Shown here one piece after another: positions 58,470 to 64,000 of a stretch of 64,000 nt of DNA. A program made the translations under genes and the position numbers. The stretch comes from Bacteroidota bacterium (lineage in GTDB: Bacteria; Bacteroidota; Bacteroidia; Bacteroidales; PUMT01), in contig PWHJ01000221.1 of the NCBI GenBank assembly GCA_003554865.1, positions 6,594 through 70,593 on the forward strand, in the 5' to 3' direction. The stretch's first letter is position 1. Each line of letters opens with the position of its first letter. The notes beneath the pieces are model-generated. The model saw only the letters and a list, made by a program, of their open reading frames with translations. It searched no databases and was not told the origin of the DNA.

Positions 58470-59846
58470 TCAGGCTTTAAGTTTTTTCACATTTTCCGCC
58501 CTGAAACCCAGAATAAAAAGGGTTATGGCTATAACAATGCAAAATGCAGCCGCAATATCATATTCACCTGTAAACCGGTGTGAAAGACTGAAAATGAAAG
58601 GGCCCAGGGCACTTGAGACAACAAGCCAGCCCATGGCGTACCCCGATATGGCCCCCAGATGTTTCAAGCCGAAAAAACGGGGCCATGTAATTACCGACAA
58701 AACCCCGAACATGCCCTGCATAATTCCGTTACCACCAATCAAAACCCATCTGAAATACCCGGAGTGTTCCAGGAAAATTATTGCAGTCATACTTATCATC
58801 ATTCCAAATAGCTGAAGTAACAAAAAGTACTTAAGCTTAAAGTAATCACTCAGCCAGTTACCGCCAAAATTGAAGCTAACAGCAACGATCGAAGCAGGGA
58901 AAAAAACTGTTATGGCAGACCTGTGATCGTAACCGCTGACCTCGAAAATAGAGACGACATGAAATGTAAACGCCGTGATATAAAGCGCCTGTAATGCCAG
59001 TGTAAGGTTGAATATCCAAAACGTATAGGTTGCCCTGGCTTCCCTTAGTGTATAATCCCTGTAAGTTCCTGCCTTTTCCTGTTTAGTACTGTCTTCTTTT
59101 GATTTTCTTCCGTCAGGGACAAGCCCGTAGATCATCGGGTTATCCCTGAAAAAAACAAAAGCAAAAACTACAAAGGCTATCCCGGCGATAATACCAAGTA
59201 TAAGCCAGGTGGCCTGCCATGAAAAACTTGAAATCATAGCATCAAGGACCCTGGGTGAATATGAAAAACCAAATGAAATGCTCACCCCCAGGATTGCATT
59301 TGCAAACCCCCTTCTTTTTTCAAACCATTTCATCACCATATTGCGGGAGATCATTGTCAGAACACCCTGGCCAAGAAAACGGAGCATAAAAAACCCAGCG
59401 GTAAGAAGAACAAACAAAAGGACAGCCGGCTCAACAAAGCCAATTACAGATATGACAAATGATGATACCCGTTCAATACCTGAAAGGTAAATAAGAGTAA
59501 CCCCCATGAGAAAACCTGAAACAATGGCAACCGGTCTTACTCCATAGCGATCGTATAACCTCCCAGCATAGGAAATACAGAAACCGCTGATGATCGTCCC
59601 TGCCATATATGCCAAACTCAGGCTTACCCTTCCGATATGAAGATCATCAATAAGATGATCGGTGAAAGCTGAAACACCGATGGTCTGACCGGGCACGCTC
59701 ATCAGTACTCCCACAATACCTGCAAAAATTATCACCCAGCCGTAGTAAAAAGGCCACTTTACCGGCGAAAAAGGAAAATCCTTAAGCCGCTTGTAAATTT
59801 TGTTATTCTTATCCTTCATACACAATCCAAAATATTCACCATTCAA
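58470..59846 (-). CDS. MFS transporter
   Basis: 458 aa with a 12-TM pattern and the loop motif GRLYDRYGVRP between TM2 and TM3. Confidence 0.85.
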   Translation of the reverse strand: MNGEYFGLCMKDKNNKIYKRLKDFPFSPVKWPFYYGWVIIFAGIVGVLMSVPGQTIGVSAFTDHLIDDLHIGRVSLSLAYMAGTIISGFCISYAGRLYDRYGVRPVAIVSGFLMGVTLIYLSGIERVSSFVISVIGFVEPAVLLFVLLTAGFFMLRFLGQGVLTMISRNMVMKWFEKRRGFANAILGVSISFGFSYSPRVLDAMISSFSWQATWLILGIIAGIAFVVFAFVFFRDNPMIYGLVPDGRKSKEDSTKQEKAGTYRDYTLREARATYTFWIFNLTLALQALYITAFTFHVVSIFEVSGYDHRSAITVFFPASIVAVSFNFGGNWLSDYFKLKYFLLLQLFGMMISMTAIIFLEHSGYFRWVLIGGNGIMQGMFGVLSVITWPRFFGLKHLGAISGYAMGWLVVSSALGPFIFSLSHRFTGEYDIAAAFCIVIAITLFILGFRAENVKKLKA

Positions 59847-60134
59847 TCAGGCTGTATAAGGCACTGATTTAAAGACACTAAACCAAGCAGCCCTGTTCTG
59901 AGAGGAAGCTACAAAGCTAATAAATCTGAACCGTTTTTTCACGGAGGTTCATCTAACACAGGAAGGTTTTGGATTATTTGACATGGATAAGCCTAAAACA
60001 GTCAATTACAGTCTTTTTGCATATGGCCGCAAGGTAATAACGGACACCATTTTTTATAAAAACAAAGGGTTTTTAAACAACATGCGTTAACTTTACGGTA
60101 TAAAAAAGGAAAAGACCCGGTAAAAAAATTTAAT

Positions 60135-60326
60135 ATGGGAAAAGCAATTGTAAAACTAATCATTTCCACATATGCAATAGAGGAATATGTGGTTGAAGTA
60201 CCTTGCGAAAAAGATGATGTTGAAGAGTTAATAATTGCCAATGCATGGAAAAAACTCAAGGAAGATGAAGGCGGATCACTGCCTTATGGACATCGAACAG
60301 CCGAGATAATTAAGCGCACAGACTGA
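60135..60326 (+). CDS. Hypothetical 63-aa protein
   Basis: ORF only. Acidic and non-repetitive, with no recognised motif. Confidence 0.3.
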   Translation: MGKAIVKLIISTYAIEEYVVEVPCEKDDVEELIIANAWKKLKEDEGGSLPYGHRTAEIIKRTD

Positions 60327-60356
60327 TCCTGCAATTTATCTTTATTAAAAAAAAGT

Positions 60357-61970
60357 TTAATCAACAAAAGAACTGATGGCATTCCAGTTGAGGCTACTCC
60401 AGAGATCATCGAGCATATTAACCCTTCTTTCGTTGTAGAACATTCCCCCTTCCGACCTGTAGCGCGCATCGGTCTCTTCCCACCACTCAACTGACAACAG
60501 CAGTATGGAGGAAGGGGAAGTAAAAGAGTCAAAAAAAGCCGGATTTATAGATAAAAGAGACCTTGCCCCTTCGGTTCCGGGATCGACAAGACCAGAAGCC
60601 CTTTCCGCATGGAAATCCAGTGCAACTATATGCCTGTGGGGGCCAAGTGGATGCCAGGGAGGAAGCTCAAAACCGTATGCCGGTGACCGGCGTTCAGATG
60701 CAGACATAGCATTCAACTCGGCCTGAAGCATTTCAAGCTTGCGGCCGGTATCTGAAAGAAAAAGAAAGTGTGGGACCTCCAGCTCTTCGCCAAGCTTTTC
60801 AAGGTTGTCCCAATTGCGCCCGCTGATAGCTGCATCAGCCTGATTCCAAATATCATCTATTGTCAAAAGCGCCTCAATCAGGTTTCTTTGATGCTCCTCA
60901 AACTCCGGGCGAAGCTCTGCTGCAGCCTCCAGCTGTGCTTCAAGGTTTTCATCGGCACTCTCGAGAATTTCCCTGTGACGCTTTTCTGCTTCTTCAGGGT
61001 CAAACCCCTTCATCATTTCAAACATTTTCTCAGCATCCTCCAGAGTCTTTTGGTGTCTTGCAATAATTGCCTCCTCATCAAAGACTTTTTGAATCTTTTC
61101 AAAATCACTGCGCATTTTTTCAATCTGCTCTCTGGTATACTCAGTCTCTCTTGCAGCATTAACCCCTGCCAGAAAATTCTCTAACTCACCGCGTGCCTTT
61201 TCTTTCAGTGCAAGAATCCATCTTTGCCGGCTTACCGGCTCCCAAAACGGGTGCCCCCCCGTAGTAAAGATAGTTGCAACAGTGGGTTGGGCAAGTCCAA
61301 AAGTGGGACGCACAACGGAACGAAGAAAGGGTTCAACTTCTGAACCCCATAAAGGGAAAAAGCTGTATGAAGGAAATTTTTGATCGTAACCCACCGGATG
61401 AGCTGATCGGCAATAAAGCTGCTGGCCTCCCCTCTCCTCTATCAAAGGTGGCAATATATATATCCCGCCTTTTGAATCATTCAGGACAGGTTCTCCAAGC
61501 AAACTGTAGGGATCATTTATCCTCACCCTCACCCCGGCCGTTACATCCGAAGAAACATAAGGAAACCGCATCGAAAGCCTCAGGTTTGCCACCGCCGGAC
61601 CTTCTGAGTCTTCCGGTAAAGAGAGGGGCGGGAACAAATCTCCCCTTGGTGATATTGCAACCCCAACCGGGGGGTTCAGTGTGCCTGCATTTTTGAATAC
61701 TTCAAGTATATCCTCCATTTTCAGTTTTAGCTCCTCATGGCCCTGAACAGGGCCTACAGAGCCTCTGTCAAGCCAGCTCAGGGGCTGCCATCCGTCGCGG
61801 GAAGCAGGTGTGCTAACAGAAAACCGCCCGGCAAGCATCAGAGCTGCTAAAACCAGAAGCAATGCCTTTAGAGGCAGAGGAAACAAAAAAAAGTTACAGC
61901 AGATGCCATTATAATTTCCTTTAATGGAAAACTTTTTTTTAAAAAAGTTTTTGTTGATTTTTTTAAGCAT
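60357..61970 (-). CDS. Hypothetical exported protein with central coiled-coil region
   Basis: N-terminal hydrophobic anchor (LKALLLVLAALMLAG) and a long Glu/Lys-rich helical middle (REQIEKMRSDFEKIQKVFDEEAIIARHQKTLEDAEKMFEMMKG...). No recognised family. Confidence 0.6.
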   Translation of the reverse strand: MLKKINKNFFKKKFSIKGNYNGICCNFFLFPLPLKALLLVLAALMLAGRFSVSTPASRDGWQPLSWLDRGSVGPVQGHEELKLKMEDILEVFKNAGTLNPPVGVAISPRGDLFPPLSLPEDSEGPAVANLRLSMRFPYVSSDVTAGVRVRINDPYSLLGEPVLNDSKGGIYILPPLIEERGGQQLYCRSAHPVGYDQKFPSYSFFPLWGSEVEPFLRSVVRPTFGLAQPTVATIFTTGGHPFWEPVSRQRWILALKEKARGELENFLAGVNAARETEYTREQIEKMRSDFEKIQKVFDEEAIIARHQKTLEDAEKMFEMMKGFDPEEAEKRHREILESADENLEAQLEAAAELRPEFEEHQRNLIEALLTIDDIWNQADAAISGRNWDNLEKLGEELEVPHFLFLSDTGRKLEMLQAELNAMSASERRSPAYGFELPPWHPLGPHRHIVALDFHAERASGLVDPGTEGARSLLSINPAFFDSFTSPSSILLLSVEWWEETDARYRSEGGMFYNERRVNMLDDLWSSLNWNAISSFVD

Positions 61971-62341
61971 AAAAACTTATTTTAATTACAACCAATCCGG
62001 CATAAAAACTGTGGGTTTCGATGTAATAGAGGGCTTAATTATCATTTTTGATTTTTTATATAAAAGTACAACATTTCTCTTTTCACTGTCAAGTAGAAAC
62101 AATAATTTTTTACCTGAGATTCAGCCTCATGCTACACAACCCCAACGTATTTGGCTCGAAATAAAATAATAGTGGCGATTTTTAATTCCGGTTTTATTTA
62201 AGTATTTTAGCATAAACTAAAATAAATTAATTATATCTAACGGTAATGACTTTCAATAGACCGTGTGGTCATTGCAACTACCGTTTTCATTTTTGCCTTT
62301 AACCCCTGCAATAATGTAAGACAAACCATAAATTTTCAATT

Positions 62342-63346
62342 ATGCAAGCATCAGCATTTGCTAATAAAGACGGGTATTCAGAACAGCTCATCACAGTATC
62401 AGACCTTACCAAAAACTTTGATAATGTTAAGGCAGTAAATAAAATCTCTTTTAACGTTGGTAAAGGTGAGCTTTTTGGATTTCTTGGCCCAAACGGTGCA
62501 GGTAAAACCACCACGATCAACATGCTAACCGGTCTGGCCCGGCCTGACTCGGGATGGATTAATATCGCCGGCCTGAATTGTTCAAAAAATCCAAAAGCAG
62601 CCCAGCATCTCATTGGTGTTGTTCCCGATGAGAGCAACCTTTATCCCGAACTTACAGGCTTTGTAAATCTTTGCTTTTGTGCCTCTTTGTATGGCATTTC
62701 CAAAAAGGAGCGTATCAGCAGGGCGGAGCAACTCCTTGCTGATTTCAATCTGGAGAAAGCGGGCAACAGGAAATTTAACACCTATTCAAAAGGGATGAAG
62801 CGCAAGCTAACTATAGCAGCCGGCATCATTCACCGTCCGCCAATCCTGTTCCTTGACGAACCCACCACCGGGATTGATGTAGCAAGTGCACGCCATATAA
62901 GGGGGTTAATATCCAAACTGTTTAACGAAGGAACAACAATATTTCTTACAACACATTATATTGAAGAGGCCGAAAGGCTTTGTGAACGTATTGCCTTTAT
63001 TGTTAACGGGCACATTGTAAAAAATGACACGGTAGCCAATCTTATACAGCCTATAAAAAACCTTAAGACTCTTTTGATTACTTACACAAACCTTGCCGGT
63101 AACCCGGAAGAAAAGCTAAACAAGGCTTTCCCGGAATTTGAATTCCTGCAGGAATCAAATAATCAAATAAAGGTGCATTCTGAAAAAACTATAAGCATTG
63201 GGCCTGTAATTCGATTTTTTGAAGAACAGGGAGCTGAAGTAACCGAGGCGCGCCAGTTAAATCCCTCACTTGAAGAAATTTTTGTTGAGGTTACAGGAAT
63301 TGAAGCAGATGCAATGAAAAATGAAAAAAACGATGGAAAATTATGA
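62342..63346 (+). CDS. ABC transporter ATP-binding protein (ABC-2/DrrA-like)
   Basis: Walker A GPNGAGKTT, signature YSKGMKRKL, Walker B LFLDEPTTGID, and a C-terminal extension. Confidence 0.9.
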   Translation: MQASAFANKDGYSEQLITVSDLTKNFDNVKAVNKISFNVGKGELFGFLGPNGAGKTTTINMLTGLARPDSGWINIAGLNCSKNPKAAQHLIGVVPDESNLYPELTGFVNLCFCASLYGISKKERISRAEQLLADFNLEKAGNRKFNTYSKGMKRKLTIAAGIIHRPPILFLDEPTTGIDVASARHIRGLISKLFNEGTTIFLTTHYIEEAERLCERIAFIVNGHIVKNDTVANLIQPIKNLKTLLITYTNLAGNPEEKLNKAFPEFEFLQESNNQIKVHSEKTISIGPVIRFFEEQGAEVTEARQLNPSLEEIFVEVTGIEADAMKNEKNDGKL

Positions 63347-64000
63347 AACAATGGATTGCTTTTAAAAATATTATGCTGAAAGATATGCGCAGTTACTACC
63401 TTAAACCGCCTAATGTAAGCTGGGGTCTGGTTTTTCCTTTAGCATGGACTGCGATGTTTTTCGTAAGAACTGGAAGCGGTCTGGAAAAAGCAATTGAAGT
63501 GCTTCCTGGTGTTGTGGCTATATCAATACTTTTCGGGACCACCTCAATGCTGGCTGTTACCATAACTTTCGAGAAGAAAAACCGTTCCTTTGAACGGCTC
63601 CTGCTGGCCCCTGTTTCGCTGGAATTGCTTATGCTCTCCAAAACAGGGGGAGCAATACTTTTCGGGGTAGTAAATTCTTTTGTTCCTGTTGTACCAGCCG
63701 CGTTTTTAACCGACCTGACTCAGGTTGAATGGCTTACAGTACTGCCTGCTGTAGCGATGATAGCGGTTGTATCCACATTTTTGGGGTTATTTATAGCTGT
63801 ATCAGTGAGTGAGGTTTTTGAAGCACAAACCTTCTCTAACTTTTTCCGCTTTCCCATGATCTTCCTTTGCGGGTTATTTTTCCCGGTTGCAGATCTGCCG
63901 GTTTTTTTAGAGCCTCTGTCTTATGTGCTTCCTTTGACCTACGGGGTGGACATTCTTCATGGTTCAATTCACGGGCAACACATATTTCCAATATGGATCA
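63343..64000 (+). CDS. ABC-2 type transporter permease (runs off the right edge)
   Basis: My translation from ATG 63343 (ATGA overlap with the ATPase stop): MKQWIAFKNIMLKDMRSYYLKPPNVSWGLVFPLAWTAMFF...EKKNRSFERLLLAPVS. This is a typical ABC-2 permease N-terminus, open to the window end. Confidence 0.8.
   Translation, partial: MKQWIAFKNIMLKDMRSYYLKPPNVSWGLVFPLAWTAMFFVRTGSGLEKAIEVLPGVVAISILFGTTSMLAVTITFEKKNRSFERLLLAPVSLELLMLSKTGGAILFGVVNSFVPVVPAAFLTDLTQVEWLTVLPAVAMIAVVSTFLGLFIAVSVSEVFEAQTFSNFFRFPMIFLCGLFFPVADLPVFLEPLSYVLPLTYGVDILHGSIHGQHIFPIWI

Noticed and set aside
1-64000. Scan for rRNA, tRNA (T-loop GGTTCGAATCC-like), CRISPR repeat arrays, IS elements and inverted terminal repeats
   Set aside because: I found nothing convincing by eye. 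The only TTCGAATC-like string (about 46577) is inside a coding region. A proper tRNAscan/Infernal/CRISPR finder run was not possible.

Overview
This 64-kb chromosomal segment reads like the genome of an anaerobic Bacteroidota. The evidence is family content (BF3164-type beta-propeller lipoprotein, NVEALA-like peptide, DUF1573, paired SurA/parvulin PPIases, FtsX/MacB-type permease) and several TAnnTTTG -7 boxes. It is gene-dense, with roughly 55 credible CDS. I saw no rRNA, tRNA, CRISPR array, transposase or integrase. Housekeeping genes include purL, sodB, recQ, guaB, recG, lysC-lysA, umuDC and two periplasmic PPIases. Three blocks stand out. (i) csgE-csgF-csgG curli-type secretion genes (csgG runs off the left edge) are preceded by a correctly spaced sigma-54 -24/-12 element and an NtrC-type activator whose receiver lacks the acceptor Asp. 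(ii) There is a complete rseC-like/rnfBCDGEA operon. (iii) There is an acetogen-style hdrC-hdrB-hdrA-mvhD-metV-metF operon in which HdrA is a 1486-aa tandem HdrA-HdrA fusion carrying an inserted NfnB/GltD-like NAD(P)H module. A visibly AT-richer accessory cassette (about 33.1-36.0 kb) encodes a CxxC thioredoxin-like lipoprotein, a DUF1573 domain that seems cut off from it by a frameshift, a Cys-containing NVEALA-like secreted peptide and a beta-propeller lipoprotein. Its spacers contain unusual palindromes and hairpins. All family assignments come from motif recognition by eye; no database search was run.
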